Below, in pieces: positions 37,139-49,073 of a stretch of 64,000 nucleotides of DNA; position 1 is the first letter of the stretch; every line of letters starts with the position of its first letter. Source of the DNA: Centroscyllium fabricii. Lineage: Eukaryota. The stretch covers positions 20,088,001 to 20,152,000 of the forward strand of contig JBNRSN020000020.1 of NCBI GenBank assembly GCA_051313645.2, written 5' to 3'. The notes beneath the pieces were generated by a model, which worked only from the letters and a program-made list of their open reading frames with translations, was not told the DNA's origin and ran no database searches. The translations under genes and the position numbers were made by a program.

Positions 37139-38246
37139 CACGTGAGTAACATAAATCACCTGGGCACGGTTCACCAATCAATCTAGTGAAAGTCAGGAAA
37201 GTTCAGAATAATTAATTGATAGCTTTTTCTTGGAGATGTGTATGTCCTTGCCTACACTGAACAATGAGAAGATGCCTTTGCTAACCTGGCCACCACCCTA
37301 AACATCGGGACCACGCAGGGGGAGATAAGCAAAGACCTGCAGGCACCCCCCAATCTTTTGATAAGATGGCCTGAAAGTGCAGGAATGGCTTGTATTTGAT
37401 GTCACATGTGGCATGATTTGGGATACCGGCGTATTAGCAATTAAATAGGTGTGAGGCAACGAGGAAGCATGATGAAGATACACTGAATAACTGGTCTCAG
37501 ACATGCCCAGCCACACTGAGACCATTACAGGAAATAGTCAATGTGGCTCAGGAGAGTAAGTACATATACTGTATCACTACTGATTCAAACTATTTAATCA
37601 TGTTCCGAAAATTCAAGTGGAGTGAAGATATAAAATTGGAAATTGTAAATTCAAGGTGAACCAACCCCAAAATTGAAATTAAAGTGATCCACAATATGGA
37701 TAACGGTGAAAGACTGCTGGAGGATCTTTTAAGTCCAGGTGCTAACTTTTTTAACCTTGTTTACCAGTCAATGTATAACAATATTCATAATATTTTTGAT
37801 ATGTTATGTAAAATAAATGGGTGGAGATCTGCATGACAGAATAGATCGAGATAGATACATGATGCTGATGAAATAATAGGCCACAGGGTGTGTGTGTGTC
37901 GGGGGGGGGGGGGGGGGGGGGGGACGGACATACTATAAGGAAAGACTGTCTTGAAGTCTGCTAATATTATACTGTGATTGAATTATCTTTTTATATTGTA
38001 ATAAGAGTGAGGAAGTTTACATCAATTCAGGTGCAGTGACTACTGAACTGTTGAATTAAAACTGACCTTAATAGTCAGTTTAGACAATACAGTAAACAAT
38101 ACAGTAAACCTAATTAAAGGATGCGTATATTTCAGAGAGCTTTAATTGGTTGATAAGTTCTGCAGAAGGGAACATCATGCCTTTCAGAAGCAGGAGATTG
38201 GTATGGAATGGCACCGATTTACAATTGGAAGTTTCACAGTAGGTTG

Positions 38247-38640
38247 CGGCACGGTGGCACAGTGGTTAGCACTGCTGTCTCACAGCACTGGAGACCCGGG
38301 TTCAAATCCAGCCTCGGGTACTATCTGTGTGGAGTTTGCACATTCTCCCTGTGTCTGCGTGGGTTTCCTCTGGGTGCTCCGGTTTCCTCCCACAGTCCAA
38401 AGATGTGCGGGTTAGGTTGATTGGCCAGGATAAATTGACCCTTAGTGTTAGGGGGATTGAATATGTGGGGTTACAGGGATAGGGTGGGATATGCAGGTTC
38501 GATAGGGATCGAGGGGCATGGGGACAAGGCAGGGACAGAGTACTGGGTTTGGATGACCAGCCATGATCTCATTGAATGGCGGAGCAGGCTCGAAGGGCCG
38601 AATGGCCTACTCCTGCTCCTATCTTCTATGTCTATGTCTA
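38247..38640 (+). mobile_element. HE1-type V-SINE
   Basis: Colinear with 3736-4133. Confidence 0.9.
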
Positions 38641-39099
38641 TAACTTGAAATGGTCAGAAATCATCGATACAGACAGGTAGAAAAGCTGCCTTTATTCATT
38701 CATTAGGAGGAAGGCCTTGAGCCCTTACTTGCAGATAAGCACCTGCCTGAGAAAGAGCATAGATCTGGAAAGTTAGGGAGTGTAACAAGTTAGGCAGTTA
38801 CGGATCTATGGCTGTGAGGACAGGACAATCAAATCAGCGTTGAATGATAACTATGCAATGTAACAATGAAACATGCAAATTATCATGCAGAAGGGGTGAA
38901 AAAAGGCATAAAAAGTGGATGTTGGAACAGATTCTCTGTTTTGTTGTGTCTCTGTTAAGTGTATGTTTAATTTTTATATGCTTAATAAATCTGTGCCATC
39001 TGACAATTAATGTTGTGAACCGTATTATTTTGAGGAGCGAATTATAACTAAGAACACCCCATCACTAACAGTACCAGCTGGTACGGCTCTCTAGGAACG

Positions 39100-39386
39100 G
39101 CTCTCGGGGCCGGCGGGGGGGGGGGGGGGAGGGCACTCGGCGGGGGGTGCTCTCTGGGGAGGGCTCTGGGGGGACTCCTGGGGCTCTCTGGGGGGTTTGC
39201 GGGGGGCTCTCTGGGGGGTTTGTGGGGGGTCTCCCTGGGGGGCTCTCTGGGGGGGGACTCTCGGGGGGGGACTCTCGGGGGGGGGGACTCTCGGGGGGGG
39301 GACTCTCTGGGGGGGGACTCTCTGGGGGGGGACTCTCTGTGGGGGGGGACTCTCTAGGGGGGGGACTCTCTGGGGGGGGGACTCTC
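39100..39386. repeat. G-rich minisatellite (ggggggactctct-like, about 15 bp)
   Basis: Tandem G-runs separated by actctc(t). Confidence 0.9.
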
Positions 39387-40006
39387 TGAATCCCAGTTCT
39401 CTGCACAGCACAGAGCCAAGATGCCGAGTCACATGCATTCCCTCTGTGGACTATTGTAGCTAGCTGAACATGCACAGCAAAGATCCTTTTTAGTAAGATG
39501 CATTCCTGCAAATTCAACAACCAGAAATGTCAAGGACGAGCAGGATTACACAAAGAGGCCGCTTCCCAATCTCCACTTCACATATGAAAAGCTGGCGTAG
39601 TTTTAAAATGGGCGTGTGAGTAGCACGGTTTTCCTTTCACTTATTACCTCCTATCTACAAACAAGGAAAGTCTCATTTTGAGATGGCTGTAGGCACAACA
39701 GCTTTGGCCTTTGAATGCTTAATAAACAGAAATCCAATCCCAAAGTCACTAATACTGGATGGCACGGGGGGACCATTGCTCTGCTAGCTATGTGGACTAA
39801 CACCATAAATATAACCATGAAGGTTTCCTCTGGTGACTCGTTCTTTGAAGTCATGAACCTGTTCAACAAGAACACGTTCTTTGTGAAACCATTTACAATG
39901 TCACTGCACAGTAATCGCTGAGCAGTCCATCCCTCTGTTCTCTGCTGTGACTCCTTATTGTAAGAAAATGAAAGAAACAAACACTAGAGGCCACGAGACG
40001 CCTTAC

Positions 40007-41255
40007 CTTCCTCCTGGGGTGCAGAAGATACCTGGATTGCTGTTATCTCTGCTTTTGGCAGATGAGGAGTTGAGTTTGCATGGTCTTTATTTTTCTTCTC
40101 TCTTTTTGATTTACGAGAAAACACTTTGGAGAAAGAAAGCTTAAATTTTGGTTTATTTGATGTTTCAGAAGCCAAGTCGTTCTCAGATGGCCTTTCACTT
40201 TGTTTTAATTCTTCCTTGGCTTTAACCTTTGGGATTTCTAATTTGTTCTTGGCATACAAGGGCTGACCTGCATTCGGACTAGATTTGTCGTTTAAGTCAG
40301 GACATGGTGTGTCCCAATAAACCTGACTTTTCCTGTCTTGCTCTTTGATGCTCCTGTCGTTTTCTGTCCTAAGCACTGGTGAGGAGTTACCCAGTAACAC
40401 CCATTCCTGATCTGAGTCCATGAATTCTGCACCAATGGATGCTGCTGGTTTTGATGGAAGGAGCGTTGGTATTTTGTCAGCATACTGAATACTGGGCTTT
40501 GTGTTGTCCTCCTGACTTTCTGAGCCAGAGTCCGAGGTTACACTAAGTCTGGCTAGTTTGCGTCTTACGGTTGATGAAAGACTCAGTTTCTTCATTGGGA
40601 TGTTACCACTATCTTTCTCTTTGTCTATGACTAATTTAAAGTCAACGTTCACTGAAGAAGCTTCCTTTGGAAGACAGTTAGACTCTGATTCTCTTTCAGT
40701 ATCCTCCACACTCTCTTCAATGTTCTCATTTTCAACCCCCGGACAAGGCATGTGACGCAGATGTTCATTTGCAGAAGCTCCTTTGGAGCTGGCAGTATCC
40801 ATTGTCCTATTGACATCTTCCAGGTGCAAGAGTTTGGCAGAATGCGAAGGTAAAGACTCAGTGGTGTGAAGCTCAGAGAGCTCAAGAGATGGTATGAAAG
40901 TCTTATCCGTAGTTGAACTCTGTCTCGTCTGAGAGATACCAGCTCTCTCAGCGTTAATCTCAGTGTTGTTGCCAGATGCCATGACATTATCATCAAGCAC
41001 TGGCAGGATTTCAATGGAGGAAAGTGAGGTGTTGTTCGTACCATTGAGATATGATGTAGATTGGTTAGTTGCTGGAGAAGAAGGTTCTTCACTACGATGG
41101 TTACACGCTCCATTGGCTGGTTCAGTAATATTTTTATAATCCATGGAATTCCTTCCAGATCCTGCAGTAAAGCTGGAGTCAGTGCTCGATCCATATGAGA
41201 TGGACATCCTATTGCTGGACCACTGATGCTCTACCATAGTATGAGCAACAAAAGC
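40007..41255 (-). CDS. MICAL1: Large Ser/Glu-rich linker exon, 1249 nt, phase 0->1 (AFVAHTMVEHQ...SSAPQEE)
   Basis: 452-aa non-repetitive ORF 39984..41342; acceptor ttttctgaaaatccacag and donor G|gtaagg; PMKKLSLSSTVRRKLARLSVTSDSGSE resembles a MICAL1 linker motif (from memory). Confidence 0.85.
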
Positions 41256-43623
41256 CTGTGGATTTTCAGAAAAATTAAAAGATGACAAAAAATGGAAGGT
41301 TAGAAATGGGACAGTTTTCAGAGGTGGTGAAGCTACTTTCATTCGCTAGAGCCTGTGGTCTATCAGAGAGTCAAACTGGCAAAGCAGAAGTTATATTAGC
41401 AATGTGTTTAAACAGTGCTTGGGGACAGTTTGATGAAGAACCTATTGCAACACAACGGTCAGCATTGCCCTGCAATGAAGTGATAAAGGCGATCTGGGCC
41501 AGTCATTAATCCTAATATAGGAAAAATGTGAATGATGACCAGGAAAATGATTCATAGTCAGATGAATTTTCTTAATGACTGTCCTCAACCATCTAGCACC
41601 CAATTTTCAAAATGTGTCTGGAGACCCTTAGGCCTCCGACTCCAAATAGTGATATTCCTGACATTCAAATTGGGAAAATTCAGTTCTTTAATTGTATTTT
41701 TTAAATTGGGAAGCCTAGGTGAAGGCCCAAGATCAATGTACAGGACTACCAAGGATGAAAACAGTAGAATAGAGGACAACAAATAAGTGATTAGGTTTGT
41801 CAAGATTGTGTGTTAAAAGCCTGAGACTGCAGGAGGGAGCAAGGATTGAGGAAGTAAGGAGTTGATGGTTTGGAGGTCCTGGAAGTGATTGAGTTCGAGG
41901 AGGAGGCTTGAGGTTACTGCAAGGAGGAGCAGTTTATAGAAGGCAAACTTTCAACTTGGATGAACAATCGGAGAAACAATGACCATTGCAAGAGAAACAA
42001 GAAAGGTTGCAACAGAGAAAGAGGCGAGAGTGAAAGAGGAATCGCCTATCAAATAACAAACTTGTCCTTGCAACTTGTTCAGGAGTGCGAGAGATATTAC
42101 AAGTTACTGTACTGCACCGCAACAATCAGCCAAAATTCAGCAAGAACAGAGAACATGAAGGGCAGTGGAAGGCTGAGACACACAGATAAGGATGCAGCAA
42201 TCTCTCTTTCTCATAATTAGGATTATGTTGCAATTCACACTTCCTCTTGAAAGCACAAACTTCTTTGATTCACTCAACGTTCCACATGCTGTCACAGATC
42301 GAGCACCTTCTCAACACTACGCCAATCGAGGGTCACTTTGGGCTGTGGTCCCTTTAAGAACACATGCAGCCTTACTGTTTTGATATTTAGATTACATTCT
42401 TAGAATGCGGAACTCCACTAAGTGGGAAACTGAACAAAGGAACATTGTCACCACAGTAGGAAGTGGGCAGGCTCGATTCCTGGAACAGCTTGCTCCAAAA
42501 CCTCATGTCCAAGTTGACCACACTAACCACCTCAGAAAAACATTCACACAAACTGTTGAAATGCTTTTCTTCAACTCAATTCGGAATAAGAAGGTTCAGT
42601 CCCCACCGCTTACAGCAGGCAAATTGGTGTAAATGCGACTTGCCCGCTTTATCCGATGGTTGGTATTGCCGAGGTAGCGCTCTTACAGTACTCTACTAGA
42701 TAACAAGATCAATCACATCCTAAGCATAGCCTCCTGAATCACCAATAAATTATAGGAGATCCATTAGTCTGTCTACAACAGAGAAAAAAAGCAGGCAGTC
42801 AAAGTTGAGGGGATTAGAAGGGCTTAGGTACGCAAAAGGTAATTGGACTTCAAGATGCTATTTACTTATATTGTTTGTGCATTGCTGTTTCTGCCCAAAA
42901 TAAACGGAGCACAGAACACGCTGTAAGCGGCAACTTTGAAATTGGTAATGCAAATAGCTGATAGTTACTGCTTTTGGCCGATATAAGCGACTGCCCGATT
43001 TAACATGAACATATTAAGTGGTGGGGACGCATGTCTCAACACATTCTCAACCTTCAGTATTCGGTAAGTCAGTGACACTGTCATTTCATCAAACATATCA
43101 CTGCACACTCTTTCATTCAGAAATCTCATACTTTGCCTTGTACGGTATTTTGCCCGGCCCCAGTTAATATTCTCAGCATTTATTATCAATGTACTGAATT
43201 GCAAAGCCTGTGACACAAGAATAGCAAGAGCTGAATGATAAGATAGTACCTGATCCATATCTCGTGAAGGACTCCTGCCAGGTGATGTAAGATGCCTCAT
43301 GATAGGCACTCTGCTATGTTCTGTACATTCATAAGGACCTTATCACAAAGGTAGATGACACTTGTTAGGGGGGAAATTATTTTATACAGGGTACCTTCAT
43401 ATCGTTTTAAACTGTTATGTTACAGAATAATGGAGAGCCACAGTGCGGTGGTTGGAGCTGTCGTGTGCTGTAGCTACAGTGTGGTAGGTTGTGGCCTTGC
43501 ATCTGTAATTCACCACACACCAAATTAATGATCTCAGCTGTACGACTGTGGGGAGTGAGGTGTGGAGGCCCAGGTGCTTCTATGTTGGGCGGGAGAATCA
43601 CGCTGGACTGCGCTTGTACAAAC

Positions 43624-43793
43624 TTTAGCCGCTGGTGTCAGTGCGGCAGTTGGCAGAAGACTAGGCATCTGCCCACTCGTTTGGCTGGAGATGGTTTGTG
43701 TGCTGGAAGATCCAAGAAAAGGGAAGAGGCGCAAAGATCTTAAAGAGGAACTCCCGCCCTCAAAAGAGAACAAAACGTCTGGCCTACTGGATT
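43624..43793 (-). CDS. Candidate linker exon, 170 nt, phase 1->0: (E)SSRPDVLFSFEGGSSSLRSLRLFPFLGSSSTQTISSQTSGQMPSLLPTAALTPAAK
   Basis: Acceptor cattttgtag and weak donor AAA|gtttgt inside ORF 43534..43842; would bridge the phase mismatch between the flanking exons. Confidence 0.3.
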
Positions 43794-43839
43794 CTACAAA
43801 ATGATCACAAGACAGTATTCTAAACAAAGGCTTCAAGAA

Positions 43840-43965
43840 CACTCAACCGGTCAGGCAGCATCTGTGGAGAGTGAAACATAGGGTTAGCGTTTCTGAAACG
43901 TTCTCTCTGTTTCTCTCTCTGCAGATGCTGCCTGACCCGCTGAGTGATTCTAGCAATTTCTGTGC
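43840..43965. mobile_element. Palindromic Penelope-like-derived fragment
   Basis: ggtcaggcagcatctg...cagatgctgcctgacc inverted arms. Confidence 0.6.
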
Positions 43966-43976
43966 ACATTATATAT

Positions 43977-44552
43977 TAAGAACATAAGAAATAGGAGCAG
44001 GAGTAGGCCAATCGGCCCCTCGAGCCTGCTCCGCCATTCAACAAGATCATGGCTGATCTGATCTTAACCTCAAATCTACTTTCACTCTCCATCCCACCCA
44101 AACCCATGCGATCTCCTGGGAGAGGCGAAAAACCAGATAAAAAACCCAATGGCCAATTTGGGAGAAAAAATCTGGGAAATTCCTCTCCAACCCATCTCGG
44201 CGATCGAAGCTTGTCCAGGAGATCACATGGCCGATCTGAACCTAGCCTCACGTCTACTTACCTGCCCGCTCACCGTAACCCCTAATTCGTTTTACTTCCA
44301 GGAAACTGTCCATCTCTGTTTTAAATTTATTCAATGTCGTAGCTTCCACAGCGCTCTGGGGCAGCAAATTGCACAGCCTTACGACCCTCTGAATGAAGAA
44401 GTTTCTCCTCATCTCAGTTTTGAAAGGGCAGCCCCTTATTCTCAGATTATGCCCCCTAGTTCTAGTTTCACCCATCAGTGGAAACATCCTCACCGCATCC
44501 GAGGTAGCGCTCTTACAGTACTCTACTCACAATCTTATATGTTTCAATAAGA
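43977..44552 (-). mobile_element. CR1 3' fragment with extended 3' UTR, same subfamily as 31905-32563
   Basis: ETRTRGHNLRIRG..FKTEMRRNFF; taagaaca tail. Confidence 0.88.
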
Positions 44553-44971
44553 TTATATTATATTATACTAGTTCGATTAAAAAAATCCAGAAAAATAACT
44601 GTCATAAGATGAGAATGAAAGTCTAGATTGATTACAAGATTCCATCCATTAACTGAAACTCAGAGTGAGCTTACAGCCATGAACTCACATCAGGGTATAG
44701 GAACAGGAGGAGGCCCTTCAGCCCCTAGAGCCTGTTCCGCCATTCAATGAGATCGTGGCTGATCTGTATCTGAACTCCATCAACTCGCCTTGGTTCCATA
44801 ACCCTTGCCTAATAAAAAATTAATCAATCTCAGTTTTGATATTTTTAACTGACCCAGTGCCCACCTCAACAGCTTTTTGGGGGAGAGAGAGTTCCAGATT
44901 TTCATGACCCTTTGGAAATCTTTGGTTTACTGAAGAGTACACCCTGAGTACCCATGTTCTTTGTTTTAATT

Positions 44972-45448
44972 TGTTTTATGAGATGTGGGCGTTGCATTTA
45001 TTGCCCATCCCTAATTGCCCTTGAGAAGGTGGTGGTGAGCCGCCTTCTTGAAGCGCTGCAGTCCGTGTGGTGAAGGTGCTCGCACACTGCTGTTCGGGAG
45101 GGAGTTCCAGGATTTTGACCCAGCGACGATATACTTCTAAGTCAGGATGGTGTGTGACTTGGAAGGGCTGGTGTTCCCATGCGCCTGCTACCCTTATCCT
45201 TCTAGGTGGACACAAGTCCCCAGGACTTTGCAGGGTCGACTGGGCTGGGCGTGCCGTTGTCGTGTCCATAGCTGGTGCTGAGGTCGATGCCGGGTGGTCC
45301 GTCCAGTTTCATTTTTTTAATTCTTTTTCGTAGCGGTTTGTCACAATGGAGTGGCTTCCGTGGTGGGATTTAAACTCACATTTCTGGATCATTAGTCCAG
45401 GACTCTGGATTACTAGCCCAGTGACATTGCCACTATGCTACCATTCCC
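44972..45448 (-). mobile_element. Third, doubly deleted derivative of the tRNA-headed LINE
   Basis: Head (45358-45448), ORF-start region (45209-45357) and 3' tail (44972-45208). Confidence 0.8.
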
Positions 45449-45579
45449 TCTGGTGTGTGATGAATTCACACTTGACGTAAATGATCACAATATTGTTTCA
45501 GCAGGTTTATTGACAAATCACCAGCAGTGAGTACTGGGTAATTCTGGGGTCAGATATATATATATATCACAGCCAGAGC

Positions 45580-45760
45580 AAGATACTGCGGATGCTGGAA
45601 ATCTGAAATAAAAACAGAACATGCTGGGAAACACTCAGCAGGTCAGGCAGTGTCTGCGGAGAGTGAAACATAAGGTTAACATTTCTGAAACGGTTAACTC
45701 GGTTTCTCTCTCCACAGACCCTGCCTGACTTGCTGAGTGATTTCAGCAATTTCTGTGCAT
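45580..45760. mobile_element. Palindromic Penelope-like-derived element
   Basis: cactcagcaggtcaggcag...ctgcctgacttgctgagtg inverted arms. Confidence 0.6.
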
Positions 45761-46000
45761 ATTATATAAGTTCGGGAAAAAAAAAATCCAGAAAAAAACT
45801 TGTCAAAAGATGAGAACGAGAGTCTAGATTGATTACAGGTTTTTGAATATGTATTTCAGCAGCCACCATTTCTCATAGATTTAGAGGAACGGAACTCCTA
45901 ATATAGACCTGCATCCAGAAGACGGCCTCCAAAGGTGCCCCTAAAAATTGACCAGAAAAATTAAAGATAGGCATTCTCTTCCTTGGTGGAATATAATGTA

Positions 46001-46625
46001 CAGGTTGGGCACCGTTAATCCAGCACCTGAAAAACCGGCAGCTTCAGTCGTTCGGCACAGATATCCCCGACTGCCCGGTGCATGCGCAGAGAATTCAAAA
46101 TGGCCACCATTGGGGCTGGGCTTCCCTTTCACCTAACAGATACTCACTGGATCCCGGCTTAGTGACCACCCCGATGCCGATGGTGAATCCCAAGCCCAGA
46201 AGATAAGTTGTTGTGCCAGCCGCCTTTCGCAGGACGCGGTACAGCCAAATCTCGCCGCCCGGCTCCTCATCGCTGCCGGAGGCTGCTGTGTGCTGACGTC
46301 ACCGCATTCCGAAGCTGGCGTGCGGTGGCGTCACGTGAGCCGGGCTTGAGCCGCGCATTGGGCCTCAGGCCCGCTGGAGCCATGCAGCCCGCTCCCTGAT
46401 CCACCCTGGGCAGCAGAATCGAGTGCGTCCTGTGAGTTCCACCCAACCCTCGGGCCGAAAATTACCTTCCAGGTACCGGCGGCGCATGCGCAGAGCATTC
46501 AAGATTTCGCGGTGGCCATTTTGAATGTTCTGTGCATGCGCCGCCGAAGTTTCAATCATTCGGCGTTTTCAACAATTCGGCAGGGTGCTGGTCCCGACCC
46601 TGCCGGATTAACGAAGTTCAACCTG
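46001..46625. mobile_element. Tc1/mariner-pogo (Tigger-like) MITE
   Basis: TA TSD, TIR caggttg..c..cgttaatcc.gca; CpG-rich interior. Confidence 0.85.
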
Positions 46626-48221
46626 TACTCCAATTGCTAATTCACACTCTGCTTTAAGCCAGCTCAGCATTCTCCAGTCTGAAACACTTGCTTATGTAAG
46701 AGTCGGTATAATGCAGGTGGAGCCAACTGTACAAAGGATAATGTGATCGATTTGTGACCACTGTCAAATGTTTTTACATATAAATGTAACATAAAGATGC
46801 TTTAGGAGTGAATAAACCTAATATGGGAGCTGTCTTTCCTTGCTAAACTTCAAAATGGAGACAGAAGCCCAGCATGACATCTTTGATCTGTTGATTAGCC
46901 AGGATGTAGAAGCATTGCCCTAGGTAGCAATCAAATCATCAACGGTTAAAACATCTAGAGATATGTGATGCCTAGATGATGTGCAAGTGATTCAGTGCGC
47001 AGGATTCTCCATTGTGTCTTTGAACTTGCTTGATTAACAACTCGGTAGTTAGAGATCCTTATACATGATACATACAAAGAACATTTCTTTCAAAACCGGA
47101 TAGTACTTCTTACAGATTTCTACCTGGAAAAGAGTATTGTAATCTCTTGGAGATTTGATTCTATCTTCATTGTTTTTAATTGTTTGTACCATCAGTATCG
47201 TGTCAGCTTACTGCTTCTGTATAATTGTATTACTTGTAACTAAATCCAACCATTTAGTTTTAGCCTGAAATATGCTAGCCTGGCAATGTAAAATTTACTG
47301 TCATTTGGAGTAAACAAGGCAGTCAGCCATCCCACATGGTCTCCAGTGCAATGCACCATAGTTATAGGGTGATTGTTTGTGGCACATTATCGCATTATGG
47401 CACATGTAACAGTGCAGGTCTATGTTCAGAGGAGACTTGGTCTGCTTATGGAAACTGTTATTTTGCTGAAAACGTAAGTTAAATGAACTGGGAGAAAGCC
47501 TGAACTGCAGTAGAGAGATGGGGGTGTGGGTAACATTCAACTTTAGCGGCAGCGCGAAACGGGCAATGGCGAATCGGCCTCCTGTTTAACACACTGTCTG
47601 ATTTTCTTTTCCATGTCAAATTTCATCCCCTTTATCTCCAAAGTTGATCAAGATAATTTCTGAGAGCAAAACAAAGGCTTAGAAAATATGTGCTGTGGTG
47701 CACTGGGGAAGCCTAGTACCTTCCATTGTCGAAATACACACGTTAAGATTCTTGGTTCAGAGGGTGATGGATAACCCTGCCCTCAGACCTCTGTGCTGCA
47801 AGGGACAGAGTTTCAGGCAATGATACTGTTCAAGAGTTTGATCGGATGAGAAGCTGTGTTTGGAGCTTGACTACTGGTTCTCTGGGTGCACATTTTGGGC
47901 TCACACAGAATAGGGAGGTGTAGCCCCCATCTTCCTAGCTTTTAAAATTTGCACTCAATACAGAAGAGTTGCAAGTTCTCTGACATCAAAAATTCAAATG
48001 AGTTCTGTTAAGAGTTTGATGACATTGATTCTCCATTGTTCATCAGACCCTCCATTACAAATACCAATAAAAGTGACAAATCTGTGCCCTCACAGGTGAT
48101 AACAAATACTACGACTCAACTGTTAGTCATCTGAAATGGTTCACTGAAAGCGTTAATTAGTTGGCCTGAAGTGTGTGTGTGTGTGGTCTTTTGTCCTGTG
48201 CTCCATTGCCTCACACACTAA

Positions 48222-48950
48222 GGCCAAAATTTCATCTCCTCGTGAGGCGGGGTTTTCGGCGGGTCGGACGTCAAAATAGCGGAACTGGTGGGTCACGACC
48301 ACCCCCGCCGGATCTCCGCTGCTTTAGCATTTCCCCCCGCCCTGTCTCCCCGTCCCGAATCTTTCCCGCCGGCGGCCGACGGGGATGCTTGGTCAGCTCA
48401 TTAAGGGCCCTTAATTGGCATGTGTAATGCCATTTTAAGGGCCCTTAGCAATTTTCAACCCCTTCCCACCCTAACCCCGCCATCCTAAAACCCCGCTGGT
48501 GAAACCCAGCGGGATCACAGTGGTGTTGCTAACTTACTCCTTCAAGGTGTTGAAGGACCTGGAGCAAAATGCTTCCCTGGCCTTCAACACTCTGGAGGAG
48601 TAAGTCACTCCATTGGGTTAAGACCAGCTGTGGCCAAAAACTTAGAAAACTTACCTTCCTAGATTTACTGACAGCCGGCACCTAGCTGTCAAAGATTCGG
48701 AGCCCGCCCGCCCACCTGTCACTCAACAGCACTTGGCTTCTCCCATTGGTTTCACTCCACTGTGATGTCACTATGAGCCCTGGAATTGGCGACTGGACTG
48801 CTGCACTTACCACAGGCACCCCGCACATGGGGATTTAATTGACTGATTAGGCGAAAATAGTGTGGGCTTCCCAGGCCCTTGGCTGGGCGGGTCAGGAATC
48901 CGCACCGACCAATCCCCGCCAGGTTCCCACACCTCCAGGAAAATCCCCCC
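48222..48950. mobile_element. PIF/Harbinger-like MITE, orientation A
   Basis: Colinear with 58195-58975; ends gaaaatcccccc; flanks taa/tta. Confidence 0.8.
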
Positions 48951-49073
48951 TTAAGCTCCATTGAGGTCTACACTAAGTGGCGCTTAGCTGTGATGTTGCT
49001 GTCAATCACCTGATAGTAAAAACTCAACTTGAAATGTGATCTCTTTCTGAGATTCTTACCTATCATGGCTCAA

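Noticed and set aside
39802-39858. 57-nt cassette exon (tgaacag ... GGT|gttagt) just after the large exon
   Set aside because: Entered in phase 1 it hits TGA immediately. It could only be a poison exon, and nothing beyond splice-like motifs supports it.
41934-42220. Purine-rich plus-strand ORF-like stretch
   Set aside because: No recognisable motif or splice boundaries, and it adjoins degraded L2-like sequence.
47076-47123. 48-nt micro-exon VEICKKYYPVLKEMFF
   Set aside because: Good acceptor but weak donor. It is open in phase 0, but the upstream exon ends in phase 1, which gives a stop.
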